Shown here: in pieces, positions 1 through 9,536 of the stretch
Numbering within the stretch: position 1 is the stretch's first letter
How the letters are laid out: the number at the start of each line of letters is the position of its first letter
Assembly: GCA_964634365.1 (NCBI GenBank)
Contig: CAZWJU010000002.1
Span: 32,069-96,068 of the forward strand
DNA length: 64,000 nt
From: an uncultured Candidatus Saccharibacteria bacterium
Lineage (GTDB): Bacteria; Patescibacteriota; Minisyncoccia; Phycocordibacterales; UBA9973
Reading direction: 5' to 3'
Program-made: the position numbers and the translations under genes
Notes under the pieces: generated by a model
The model's database searches: none
What the model was told of the DNA's origin: nothing
Seen by the model: only the letters and a program-made list of their open reading frames with translations

Positions 1-1323
1 ATACAAACCAAAGAAAAAGAATACTTGCCATCTGATAACGCTATTATAATCAGTGTAGAAAGTGGAATGTCTAGTCAGTTTAGTAAAGATTTAGCGAAAG
101 CAGTAAAGAGTGGCATTGATAAAAAAATTATTAAAGGGCTAGCTCCAGTATTGGCTCCTCTTGGATACTTAAATACTAAACACGAAGTTCGTGGTGAAAA
201 TTACATAATCAAAGACCCTGAACGATTTGAACTTATTAAGAGAGCGTGGAATATGATGCTAACTGGAGAATATACAATTCCTAAACTTCTAAAAATAATG
301 AATGATGATTGGGGTATGCGTACACGAACCACACGACATCGTGGAGGTGGAAAAATAAATAAAAGTACTATGTATAATATCTTAACCAATATATTTTATA
401 CTGGTCTTTTTATCTACAATGGAGAAGTTGGGAATGGTAAACACGAACCAATGATCACAATGGATGAGTTTGATATTGTTCAAAAGATGTTAGGGAGATA
501 TGGGAAACCAAGAGCCAAGAGTCATATATTTACGTACACTGGCACAATGATATGTGGTGAATGCGGTAGCTCTGTTACAGCTTGTACAAAGACGAAACTA
601 GTAAAAACTAAAAATGAATTAAAGGACTATACATTTTACTATTGTTCACACCGAAAGAAAGGAACAGAAAATTGCTCTCAAAGAGCTTTCATTCCATTGA
701 AAAATATGGAAGATATGATAAAGGAAGAAATAGACAAGTATACGATTTCAGAAAAGTTTAGAGATTGGGCATTAAGAATACTTGCAGAAGAACACTCTGA
801 TGAAGTTCGAGAGAGGGAGCTAATTTATAAAACACAATTAGGTGATATTGAGGCATCTCAAAGAGAGTTAGATAATTTAATAACAATGCGTATGCGTGAT
901 CTCATAAATGATGAACAATACGGTTCAAGGAAAAACGAGTTAACCGAGAAAATTGCAATCTTAAAGCAGAAAATCAATGAAACTGAAAGCCGAGCATTGA
1001 ACTGGTTACAATATACCGAACAAGTATTCAACTTTGCACAAGTAGCAAAAACCAAGTTTGAAGACCCTGAAACTACGATAGAAGATAAGAAAAGTATATT
1101 TACTGCACTTGGTTGGAACTATATAGTAAAAGACCAAAAACTCTTTATTTTACCGAATGATTGGCTAGAGCCAATAGATAAGAAGCGAAAAGCTGTAGAA
1201 AGTGAAATAAATCGGTTGGAACTGGAAAAAACCTTTGCTATAAAAGGACAAAACACCCGTTTAGGGGTGCTTTGTCCAATACTGCGCGACCGACCGGACT
1301 TGAACCGGCAACCTCCCGCGTGA
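1..1323 (+). CDS. Large serine recombinase (recombinase + Zn-ribbon + coiled coil), 5'-truncated by window edge
   Basis: Frame open from base 1; APLGY motif, IL-x-N-x-FY-x-G, GKHEPMIT, CGECGSS...YYC...C zinc ribbon, coiled coil; last 13 codons lie antisense to tRNA-Asp. Confidence 0.88.
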   Translation: MQTKEKEYLPSDNAIIISVESGMSSQFSKDLAKAVKSGIDKKIIKGLAPVLAPLGYLNTKHEVRGENYIIKDPERFELIKRAWNMMLTGEYTIPKLLKIMNDDWGMRTRTTRHRGGGKINKSTMYNILTNIFYTGLFIYNGEVGNGKHEPMITMDEFDIVQKMLGRYGKPRAKSHIFTYTGTMICGECGSSVTACTKTKLVKTKNELKDYTFYYCSHRKKGTENCSQRAFIPLKNMEDMIKEEIDKYTISEKFRDWALRILAEEHSDEVRERELIYKTQLGDIEASQRELDNLITMRMRDLINDEQYGSRKNELTEKIAILKQKINETESRALNWLQYTEQVFNFAQVAKTKFEDPETTIEDKKSIFTALGWNYIVKDQKLFILPNDWLEPIDKKRKAVESEINRLELEKTFAIKGQNTRLGVLCPILRDRPDLNRQPPA

Positions 1324-1358
1324 CAGGCGGGTGCTCTAACCAGTTGAGCTACGATCGC
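1285..1358 (-). tRNA. tRNA-Asp(GTC)
   Basis: GCGATCG/CGGTCGC acceptor, CCCGC-CT-GTC-AC-GCGGG anticodon arm, TTCAAGT T-loop; CCA not encoded. Confidence 0.95.
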
Positions 1359-1393
1359 ATATTATTTTCCGAACACAAATACAAATGTCCGTG

Positions 1394-1466
1394 TGTCGGA
1401 GGTGGGGATCGAACCCACGACCCCAGGCTTATGAGTCCTGTGCTCTACCGACTGAGCTACCCCGAC
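1394..1466 (-). tRNA. tRNA-Met(CAT), probably elongator
   Basis: GTCGGGG/CTCCGAC acceptor, CT-CAT-AA loop, TTCGATC T-loop; Ile2 less likely because a UAU tRNA-Ile exists at 31258. Confidence 0.85.
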
Positions 1467-1495
1467 AAAAAGCAAACTTCTTTGCTTTTTGTCGG
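1462..1495. repeat. 15-bp perfect inverted repeat overlapping the 5' end of tRNA-Met
   Basis: CCGACAAAAAGCAAA-cttc-TTTGCTTTTTGTCGG. Confidence 0.85.
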
Positions 1496-1608
1496 TGGGT
1501 ATACCACCTGGTAAAGCAGTGCGATGTTGTGAGGCTTTTGCCGAACCATCGCTATCAAACAAGCTTGCCATTATTCGACATAGAGACATTGTGTCGCTTG
1601 CCGAAGTG

Positions 1609-1680
1609 TTGCGGGGGGACGATTCGAACGTCCGTCTTCAGGTTATGAGCCTGATGAGATAACCACTTCTCTACCCCGCT
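1609..1680 (-). tRNA. initiator tRNA-fMet(CAT)
   Basis: AGCGGGG/CCCCGCA acceptor with unpaired 1:72, TCAGG-CT-CAT-AA-CCTGA, TTCGAAT T-loop. Confidence 0.9.
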
Positions 1681-1771
1681 ATATAAAAAATCGCCTTTTC
1701 TAAGACAAAGGTATTGTACCTAAATATGGTATTTTTGCAACCTTATAAATTATGACAAATACATGGTTGTA

Positions 1772-1800
1772 TTGACTTATCTATATTTTCATAGTATTAT
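1772..1800 (+). promoter_or_regulatory. sigma70-like promoter of serpin-like gene
   Basis: TTGACT-N17-TATTAT. Confidence 0.55.
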
Positions 1801-1816
1801 ATGCAAAAATCGACAG

Positions 1817-2680
1817 ATGAATAAAGAAAACGTATTGAACAAAACAGTCAGCCACACAGCTGCAATATTCCCTATTTTGATGGCTTTAAAAAAGTTTGAG
1901 GAAAAGGGGATCTATTTTACCGAAAGAACAACTGTTCAAAAAGACATCATGAGTTTACTCAGAGAAGCGGACCAAGTTAAGTATTCGGAAAATGAGATCA
2001 GGAGCTTCGTCGCAGACAATGCACCTGAGCTGAACAAAATCCTCCGTGATAATGGATTCGACATTCAGCTGGATGAAAAAGCACCATTCGACTTGGGAGT
2101 TGTTACGATCATGGACCTTGTAGCGAAATGGATCGCAAAAGCAAATTCTGCGATTGTAAACTATGAAGGTACTGAATACCCTGCTGCATTGATTAAGCAT
2201 GGTGCAAGTATCGTAAATAATGATTATGGTGAACGCACACTTATTATTCGTACAACGACGGGGTTATGTGTGTTTATCCAAATCGCCGATGAAGAAAAAT
2301 CTGGATTGGATTTATTTTGTCACATATTTGAACAAGCAAGGAAGATGACACACTCCGAAACACCGTGCGACGCGATTATCCCACTGGTAGACCTGAATGA
2401 ACAACCAGATATTAGCTGGCTTATCGGCATGAGCTGTGAATCGCCAAGATTTACAATCAACCAAGCACTGCAACAAAATCGCTTGAAAATTACCCTGGAT
2501 GGTATTCATGCTGAGAGCGCAGTAGCACTTGGAGCAGCAAGAGGTATCGGGCTGGAAAGACCAAGATTCGTAGTTGACCGACCGTTCAATATTTGGCTGG
2601 CTTACGGAAATCCGGAATTACAGTATTTCCCAATTTTCTGCGCATACGTTGCGCCGGATACTTGGAAAGAATCAAAATAA
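1817..2680 (+). CDS. Divergent, short serpin-like protein
   Basis: C-terminal DGIHAESAVAL (hinge/RCL-like), FVVDRPFNIWL and PIFCAYVAP resemble the serpin C-terminal signature; 287 aa. Confidence 0.6.
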   Translation: MNKENVLNKTVSHTAAIFPILMALKKFEEKGIYFTERTTVQKDIMSLLREADQVKYSENEIRSFVADNAPELNKILRDNGFDIQLDEKAPFDLGVVTIMDLVAKWIAKANSAIVNYEGTEYPAALIKHGASIVNNDYGERTLIIRTTTGLCVFIQIADEEKSGLDLFCHIFEQARKMTHSETPCDAIIPLVDLNEQPDISWLIGMSCESPRFTINQALQQNRLKITLDGIHAESAVALGAARGIGLERPRFVVDRPFNIWLAYGNPELQYFPIFCAYVAPDTWKESK

Positions 2681-2683
2681 TAA

Positions 2684-2708
2684 AAATCCCTCACACTGTG
2701 AGGGATTT
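2684..2708. terminator. Bidirectional terminator between convergent genes
   Basis: AAATCCCTCACA-c-TGTGAGGGATTT. Confidence 0.8.
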
Positions 2709-2713
2709 AATTT

Positions 2714-3409
2714 TTATATATACTCAAATTCTTTAAATACAGACTTATAGAGTTCTATTACTCTTTTTGCCTCATGACGAGACAGTGTGTATTCTGAACC
2801 ATCGTGCGCGATACGATTGCGCACTTTGTGTGCTTCCCAAGCATTTTGCAAAGTTTTAAAATCACTTGCTTCTACGTTCTTCAATCTCTCGCCTAAGTTT
2901 TCACCCTTGTATCCCATACGCTCTACCATCTCATCGAGTATGATATCGGCTTCAAGTATTGCCTGACGCCAATCATTTTCATTTTCTGTATCCATATGTC
3001 GCTCGATAGATTCCCAACGCTCATTTTGTTTTTGTACTACAGGCTCAGGTTCTATTCCCTCTTTTTCTAGTTCATGATGTTTATCGTCTTCAATCTCTTT
3101 GATACGTAAATATGTATACGCAATCAAAACTGCCATGAGTACTCCTATGATCCCTAAAATTATTGAAAATATTCTAAAAAGACCGCCATTTACAATCAGA
3201 TTCCATATAGCCTCTAGCAATTGAACAACTCTGTAAAAAAGAAATTCTACGTTTAGATATGTCGGAAAAGCAGAACCTTCATTTACTCTGACACCTTGTC
3301 CCAAAAATACTATAACTGCCAATATGCCCAATACAGAAATAATAACCCAAGGTATCGGACCTATTCCACTTCCACCTCCGGCTTTTGGTTTTGGTTTTGG
3401 AGCTGCCAT
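2714..3409 (-). CDS. Membrane-anchored hypothetical protein with HEPN-like RxxxxH motif
   Basis: Two N-terminal hydrophobic segments; helical C-domain with AILEAD and RNRIAH. Confidence 0.65.
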   Translation of the reverse strand: MAAPKPKPKAGGGSGIGPIPWVIISVLGILAVIVFLGQGVRVNEGSAFPTYLNVEFLFYRVVQLLEAIWNLIVNGGLFRIFSIILGIIGVLMAVLIAYTYLRIKEIEDDKHHELEKEGIEPEPVVQKQNERWESIERHMDTENENDWRQAILEADIILDEMVERMGYKGENLGERLKNVEASDFKTLQNAWEAHKVRNRIAHDGSEYTLSRHEAKRVIELYKSVFKEFEYI

Positions 3410-3414
3410 AATAA

Positions 3415-4848
3415 CTATTCTATCACAGGGCGAATGAAGTTAACTTTGTTTTCAAACTTTTTAGCAACTTCAAAGAGTTCTTGTTCACTAAAATGTGGCC
3501 CCATAAATTGCATACCAATTGGTAAACCTTCAGTCGTAAATCCAGAAGGCACTGAAACAGCTGGGGTTCCAGCAATGTTTGCTGGAACTGTAAAAATATC
3601 TGATAAATACATAGAAACGGGATCAGATTTCTCCCCTATCTTGAATGCACCAGTCGCTGTTGTAGGTGTAAAAATAAAATCTACTTCTTTGAAAATATTT
3701 CTTAGTTCATTTGTAATCTCTTTTTGAAGTGCTAGGGCTTTGTTGTAGTACGCATCATAATATCCATGTGAAAGTACATATGTTCCAAGCAATATGCGAC
3801 GACGAGTTTCTTTACCAAAACCAACTCCGCGAGTCTTTGAATAAACTTCTTCTAGATTCTTACCTTCACTACGAAGGCCGAAGCGGACACCGTCAAAACG
3901 AGCCAAGTTAGAAGACGCTTCAGCTGGCTGGATAATATAGTACACAGCGAGCGAATATTTTATAAGCGGAAGTGACACATCGACAATCTCATAACCAAGA
4001 GATTTTAAATGTTCAATTGATTGATTGAAGTTGTCTTCTACTTCGGGGTTTAATCCAGTTAGAAAATCTCTAGGTATACCGATCTTTTTTGTATTAGCAA
4101 AGATAGATTTACGATTTGTTTTATCGACTGAAGTCGCTTCTAAAGCGTCCGATACATTTAGTGCATCAAACAATATCTTCGTATCGTCTATGTTTCGCGC
4201 AAATGGTCCAACCTGATCAAGCGAGCTCGCAAGTGCAATAATTCCGAAACGTGAAATTGTACTGTATGTAGGCTTTAGTCCGACAACTCCACAAAAAGCT
4301 GCTGGCTGACGAATTGATCCACCTGTGTCTGAACCGAGAGTAGCCAATGCCATATTTGCCGCTACAGCTGCAGATGATCCCCCAGAAGAACCTCCCGGAA
4401 CACGAGCTGTATCATATGGATTCTTTGGGACACCGTAAAAAGAAGTTTCAGATGAACTACCCATAGCAAACTCATCCATATTTGTACGTCCTAGTATAAC
4501 AGCTCCATTTTCTTTTAAAATCTTTGCAACAGTAGAATCGTAGCTAGCAACATAGCCACTCAGTATCTGTGATCCACATGTTGCAGATTTTCCACCAATT
4601 AGCATATTGTCTTTTAGCGCAACAGGAATCCCAGTTAAGAGAGTTGCAGAATTCGCCTTAAACATTTCATCTGCTCGGTCGGCTTGTTCTAATACATCAG
4701 AAAAAACTTCGATGTATATATTGAGCTCTTTGTTTTTTTTCTCGATTTGTTCTAGGTATGCATTTGCCAAATCACGAGCAGAGTACTCTCCTGCCTTCAT
4801 GGCATTGTGTGCTTTTTCTATTGAAAGTGAATTTAAATCTATTTTCAT
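3415..4848 (-). CDS. gatA: Asp/Glu-tRNA amidotransferase subunit A
   Basis: Amidase signature GGSSGGS, GSDTGGSIRQPA, RRRILLGTYVLS. Confidence 0.97.
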   Translation of the reverse strand: MKIDLNSLSIEKAHNAMKAGEYSARDLANAYLEQIEKKNKELNIYIEVFSDVLEQADRADEMFKANSATLLTGIPVALKDNMLIGGKSATCGSQILSGYVASYDSTVAKILKENGAVILGRTNMDEFAMGSSSETSFYGVPKNPYDTARVPGGSSGGSSAAVAANMALATLGSDTGGSIRQPAAFCGVVGLKPTYSTISRFGIIALASSLDQVGPFARNIDDTKILFDALNVSDALEATSVDKTNRKSIFANTKKIGIPRDFLTGLNPEVEDNFNQSIEHLKSLGYEIVDVSLPLIKYSLAVYYIIQPAEASSNLARFDGVRFGLRSEGKNLEEVYSKTRGVGFGKETRRRILLGTYVLSHGYYDAYYNKALALQKEITNELRNIFKEVDFIFTPTTATGAFKIGEKSDPVSMYLSDIFTVPANIAGTPAVSVPSGFTTEGLPIGMQFMGPHFSEQELFEVAKKFENKVNFIRPVIE

Positions 4849-5126
4849 TATAAAATCTGTTTTACTTTCAAAAATCCATCTAAACTTTCTGGTAGATTTT
4901 CTGCTATTAAATCTAGAGTTTCATCTGAAGAAGAATCTACTATGTCTTCACGTACAACATTTTGAGTGATGTTCGGCTCTATGCTTGCACCTGAAATATT
5001 AACAGAACTTATCTGATCTATGTATTCGAGTATAGAAGCAAAATCTCCAAGAAGATTTTCCTTTTCTGCATCACTCATATCTAGGCGAGCCAATTGCGCC
5101 AATTTGTCTATATCTGCCTTTTGCAT
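4848..5126 (-). CDS. gatC: Asp/Glu-tRNA amidotransferase subunit C
   Basis: LAQLARL...ILEYIDQI...REDIV; directly upstream of gatA; start set at ATG 5126. Confidence 0.92.
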   Translation of the reverse strand: MQKADIDKLAQLARLDMSDAEKENLLGDFASILEYIDQISSVNISGASIEPNITQNVVREDIVDSSSDETLDLIAENLPESLDGFLKVKQIL

Positions 5127-5228
5127 TTCCTGATTATAGCGTATTTTTTGGTTTTTTTCATTTATCGTCAAATATCACCACAAATTTGACATACGAGCAT
5201 TTTCTGGTAGATTTAAGAAAAATATCAG

Positions 5229-5534
5229 ATGTTTATAAAAAATGGAGATAATATAGATAGAATTAAGAACTTTATTTATAATGTAATTATTACTTCATTG
5301 TTCTGGCTAGTCTTTACTTGCATCATTTTTTTTGTTGAGGTAATGAGATTTTTGATCAAAGATCATGCCAACATACTAGCAAAATATGATTTTCAAGAAA
5401 GACATCCGATTCTTTGTGTTTTAAATCAGATATCAATTTTCCTTATAATTATCTCTTGTGTATTATTATGGATTTTAAGATTCCAAATAACTAAGAACAA
5501 AAATAAAGATATTCCAATCGATCAGGTTAATTAG
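5229..5534 (+). CDS. Small orphan membrane protein (two TM)
   Basis: 101-aa ORF with two hydrophobic stretches. Confidence 0.5.
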   Translation: MFIKNGDNIDRIKNFIYNVIITSLFWLVFTCIIFFVEVMRFLIKDHANILAKYDFQERHPILCVLNQISIFLIIISCVLLWILRFQITKNKNKDIPIDQVN

Positions 5535-5577
5535 TCCTGTGGCCAGTTTTTATTATCCCGCTATACAAAGTGGGATT

Positions 5578-7584
5578 TTATTTTACCATTTTCAAGAATT
5601 CAGACTCCTCTATTACAGAAACCCCAAGCTTCTTCGCTTCATTGAGTTTTGATCCAGCACTCTCCCCTGCAAGCACGAAGCCTGTCGCTTTTGATACAGA
5701 TCCAGAAACTTTACCACCATTTTCAATAATTATTTTCTTTGCTTCTTCGCGAGAAAGGGTCGGGAGTGTTCCTGTTAGAACAAAAGTTTTGCCTGTAAAC
5801 TTCCCTACTGCTTTTTTATATTCTTTTGGTTTTACACCATTATCCAATAGTTTTTGTATAAACTTCTGATGATATGAGTCAGACAAATATTCCAAAATAC
5901 TCTCGGTCACAGCTGGGCCAATATTTTCTATCTCGTCCAAATCAGATTCTTTTGCATTTAAAAACTTCTTGAGTGTGCCGAAGTGTCCTGCCAAGTCCCG
6001 TGCAGTTTCTTCTCCAACATGGATTATCCCAAGCGATACAATAAATCTATCAAGTGTCGGGTTTCTCCTCTCTTTTATATTACTCACAATATTACTTGCA
6101 GACTTATCTCCAAATCTCTCAAGCCCTGACAAGTCAGCTTCGGTGAGAATGAAGAGATCTGCTCCGTCAGTTATCAATCCCTCGTCCTGAAGTCGCTCTA
6201 TTATCTTTGGACCAACAGTATAGATATCGAACGCATTTACGAAGTGAACAAGACCCCGGGAACTCTTGGCCTCACAGCGTTTGTTTGTACAGTAAAACGC
6301 CACACTTTTTCCACCCTGACCTTCTTTCTTCTCTACTTCCCCTCCACAGATAGGACACACACTCGGCATCTTAAAACTTTTTTCTTTTCCTGTGCGTAGA
6401 CTTTTCAATACTTCTACAACTTCGGGTATAACATCCCCTGCTTTTTGTATAACAACAGTGTCACCTATTTTTATATCGAGTCTTTCTATCTGATCCATGT
6501 TGTGAAGAGTCGACTTGGAAACAGTCGAACCAGAAACAAGAGTCGGTTCAAAATGTGCAAGTGGTGTCAAAACTCCTGTGCGTCCCACCTGAACTGTTAT
6601 GTCGAGAACCTTTGTGGTGGCGCGTTCTGCTGGATATTTAAATGCACACATATAGCGTGGGGCTTTGCCGACTATACCTAATCTCTCTTGCAAATCTGTC
6701 TCATCAATAGATATAACTATACCGTCTGTTCCAAAAGGTAATTTTTCTCTTATCTTTTTTATTTCTTCGATAAAAGATTCTACTTCTTTTAAGTTTTTGC
6801 ATTTCTTCTCATGAACTGAAACTGGAAAACCGAGCGAGACAAGTAGTCTATGTTCGTCTGAATGTTTTTTTATATTTTTTTCATAATCTGCCGATAGTTC
6901 TGCTATGTCATATGCAAAAAAAGATAGGTGACGCTCCTTTACTACACTAGGATCAAGCTGACGAACTGAACCAGCAGAAGCGTTGCGAGTGTTTGCAAAC
7001 TTGGGTAGGCCGAGCTTTTCATTTTGTTTGTTTAACTTTTCGAGAACGTCTTTTGACATAACTATCTCTCCGCGAACTTCTATCTTTTTAGGAGAATCTT
7101 TTGGGAGAGTAAGTGGTATGTCAGTTATCATTTTTATATTTTCTGTTATGTTTTCTCCGACAAATCCATCTCCTCGAGTTCCTCCATAAACAAGTTTTCC
7201 ATTTTCATAAAGCAAAGTAACAGCTAGACCGTCGAACTTTAGCTCGGCAAAATATGTGGGAGTTTTTCCAGGAATAAGTTTTAGTGCCCTTTTTTCCCAA
7301 TCAGCGAGTTCTTCATAAGAAAAAACATCTGCTAGTGAGGTCATGCGAGAGCTGTGAGTTATCTTTTCAAACTTGGGAAGAGGAGCGCCTGCTACACGAG
7401 AAAGCGGGTCATCTTTTACACGAAACTCTGGGAATTTGTCTTCTAGAAGTCTAAGCTCTCTGGTTAGAGAATCATAAACATCGTCAGTTACAGAAGGGTC
7501 GTTTTCTACATGATAGCGAAAACGGAGACTTTGTATCTCCTCGCGCAACTTTTCTATTCTGTTTTTTGCTTCTTTTTTATCCAT
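5578..7584 (-). CDS. ligA: NAD-dependent DNA ligase
   Basis: KFDG adenylation motif, TRGDG, Zn finger, HhH, C-terminal BRCT. Confidence 0.97.
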   Translation of the reverse strand: MDKKEAKNRIEKLREEIQSLRFRYHVENDPSVTDDVYDSLTRELRLLEDKFPEFRVKDDPLSRVAGAPLPKFEKITHSSRMTSLADVFSYEELADWEKRALKLIPGKTPTYFAELKFDGLAVTLLYENGKLVYGGTRGDGFVGENITENIKMITDIPLTLPKDSPKKIEVRGEIVMSKDVLEKLNKQNEKLGLPKFANTRNASAGSVRQLDPSVVKERHLSFFAYDIAELSADYEKNIKKHSDEHRLLVSLGFPVSVHEKKCKNLKEVESFIEEIKKIREKLPFGTDGIVISIDETDLQERLGIVGKAPRYMCAFKYPAERATTKVLDITVQVGRTGVLTPLAHFEPTLVSGSTVSKSTLHNMDQIERLDIKIGDTVVIQKAGDVIPEVVEVLKSLRTGKEKSFKMPSVCPICGGEVEKKEGQGGKSVAFYCTNKRCEAKSSRGLVHFVNAFDIYTVGPKIIERLQDEGLITDGADLFILTEADLSGLERFGDKSASNIVSNIKERRNPTLDRFIVSLGIIHVGEETARDLAGHFGTLKKFLNAKESDLDEIENIGPAVTESILEYLSDSYHQKFIQKLLDNGVKPKEYKKAVGKFTGKTFVLTGTLPTLSREEAKKIIIENGGKVSGSVSKATGFVLAGESAGSKLNEAKKLGVSVIEESEFLKMVK

Positions 7585-7679
7585 AATGGAAAAGTACAGG
7601 AACATATCCTGTACTTATGAGTATACCCTATTATATACCGACACGAGAAATATTCACTCAAAAAAGCGAACCAGCATAT

Positions 7680-8279
7680 TTACAGAGCGCCGGTGCCGGT
7701 ACCATCTCCTTCAGCACCTCCTTCTGGTGGAGGAACCTCGCCTCCACCCGCATCACCTCCTCCGTCTACTGCAACAGCCACTGGGTTTGGATATTTTACT
7801 TCGAGCAATCTTTCGACAATGCGATTTGTATCGAAAGAATCAAGCTGTGCACAATCTATATTGTAACCCTGAGATATTATACGTGTGTAGCTAGTACCGT
7901 CTATATCAAAATTTTTATTTACCTCAACAGTCGCACAACTACGAGGAGACAGATCAAATTCAAATGTAAACAAGGTTGGAGAAATATCTTCAAAATTAGC
8001 GACCATACCATCTCTACACTCTGGGACTATTGGAGAAACTGGATTGAAAGCATTTTGTTTTAAATCATAATACAAAGCACATTCACTACCAGCGTCTGCT
8101 GCATAAAAAGCTAAGTTAGATTCTTTTGCTGAAACAGTAAGCTCGGTTTCTTTTAAGGCTATATTGAATATACCTGTTGCAAGCACTAGTACGATAACAG
8201 ATATCAAAACTGTAAAAAGCACAACAAAACCATCTTGCTTGCTACCTGTCTTTTTTATTTGTTCGATAAATATTTTCAT
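7680..8279 (-). CDS. PilX-like minor pilin
   Basis: G|FVVLFTVL prepilin-like N-terminus without Glu5; AFYAADAGSECA; acidic Gly/Pro tail. Confidence 0.75.
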   Translation of the reverse strand: MKIFIEQIKKTGSKQDGFVVLFTVLISVIVLVLATGIFNIALKETELTVSAKESNLAFYAADAGSECALYYDLKQNAFNPVSPIVPECRDGMVANFEDISPTLFTFEFDLSPRSCATVEVNKNFDIDGTSYTRIISQGYNIDCAQLDSFDTNRIVERLLEVKYPNPVAVAVDGGGDAGGGEVPPPEGGAEGDGTGTGAL

Positions 8280-8282
8280 ATT

Positions 8283-8879
8283 TTATATTGCACTTACATG
8301 TGGCTGCCAATCCATCAAAATATTTTGATAAGTAATAGTCTGCTCTGACAAACCTTCGTACCAAGTTACTTTACTAGTAACCAAAACATCGTCTGCTAAA
8401 GTTTCATTAATCGGCAAAACAAATATTGTTCTAGTAAAAGGTGAGGCTACTGATCCACTAGGAAGATCACATGCATCACTCTGGTCGTATCCAAAATATC
8501 CAGAAGTCTCTGAGTACGGAATATTGCAAGTAGACCCAGTACATGCGCATACATCTAAAGTAGACGGGTCTATGTTGCAACCAGCTGTCCCACTACAAGT
8601 ATTAATATTTGATAAGAAAATATCCCATCCGGCACCAGAAGGGTCGGATATAACTGAAGTATCTCTAATATTACGAACTGTCTCTACACCCTCTTGGGCT
8701 AGATACGAAGCTGTAAGTCTAGACTTTGCTAGAGTTGTGTTTGATACACCACCACTTGCGACAACTATCAGAAAAACAATCGATGAAGAAAATATAGCCA
8801 AGGCCACAAGAGTTTCTACTATTGTAAAACCAGAATTTTTACTTGCTATTTTATTTATTTTAAAAAGTTTGTTTTGCAT
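8283..8879 (-). CDS. Minor type IV pilin (PilV-like)
   Basis: G|FTIVETLVAL; ASYLAQEGVE. Confidence 0.85.
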   Translation of the reverse strand: MQNKLFKINKIASKNSGFTIVETLVALAIFSSSIVFLIVVASGGVSNTTLAKSRLTASYLAQEGVETVRNIRDTSVISDPSGAGWDIFLSNINTCSGTAGCNIDPSTLDVCACTGSTCNIPYSETSGYFGYDQSDACDLPSGSVASPFTRTIFVLPINETLADDVLVTSKVTWYEGLSEQTITYQNILMDWQPHVSAI

Positions 8880-8883
8880 ATAT

Positions 8884-9531
8884 TTAAAAATCAATTTGTC
8901 TTTGGGATATAGTAGTCTGAACAGAAAAAGGAGTAGATATATCTTGATAAACTATATCTCCTGCCAATCTAATAGTAACTTTCGGCTGCACACCATCGCC
9001 TAGCATAGGATTTGGATTTTCAGCATTCTCAATATTGAACCCAGATTTATTTGGATCTAAATGCACAGAGTATGGGGTCAAATCTAAACACCCACTACCT
9101 GTAGGCGATGTAGCACAAGTAATACCAGCACCTTTTACAAGCTTGTAAATTCCAGTACCTGAGATTTCTACAATTCTGTACACAACCTGGTCTCCATCGT
9201 CAGAAATATTACCGTTAACTTTTTCGAAAGCCATAGACTGATATGGTGTTATACCCTCTTCAAAAGGACAATCCTCTGCCTCACCCAATCCACCAATAGA
9301 TGCTCTACAGTTATATAAACTTCCTAGGCGAATATTTCTAGACATGTCTTCTAAAACAAAGTGCATACTATCTATCGCCTGTCTAGAATCTGATGTCTTT
9401 TTATGAATTTGATTTACTCTCAAAACCGCTCCGATACCTATTATCATCACAACAGTAAAAAGCCCGACCGCTATAACAATCTCTATAACTGTAAAACCAG
9501 ATTTTTTGTTTTTATGATTTTTGTATTTCAT
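8884..9531 (-). CDS. Minor type IV pilin (PilW-like)
   Basis: G|FTVIEIVIAV prepilin motif. Confidence 0.85.
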   Translation of the reverse strand: MKYKNHKNKKSGFTVIEIVIAVGLFTVVMIIGIGAVLRVNQIHKKTSDSRQAIDSMHFVLEDMSRNIRLGSLYNCRASIGGLGEAEDCPFEEGITPYQSMAFEKVNGNISDDGDQVVYRIVEISGTGIYKLVKGAGITCATSPTGSGCLDLTPYSVHLDPNKSGFNIENAENPNPMLGDGVQPKVTIRLAGDIVYQDISTPFSVQTTISQRQIDF

Positions 9532-9536
9532 ATTGT

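Noticed and set aside
1394-1466. tRNA-Ile2(CAT) assignment
   Set aside because: A UAU tRNA-Ile is present, so elongator Met is more parsimonious, though not proven
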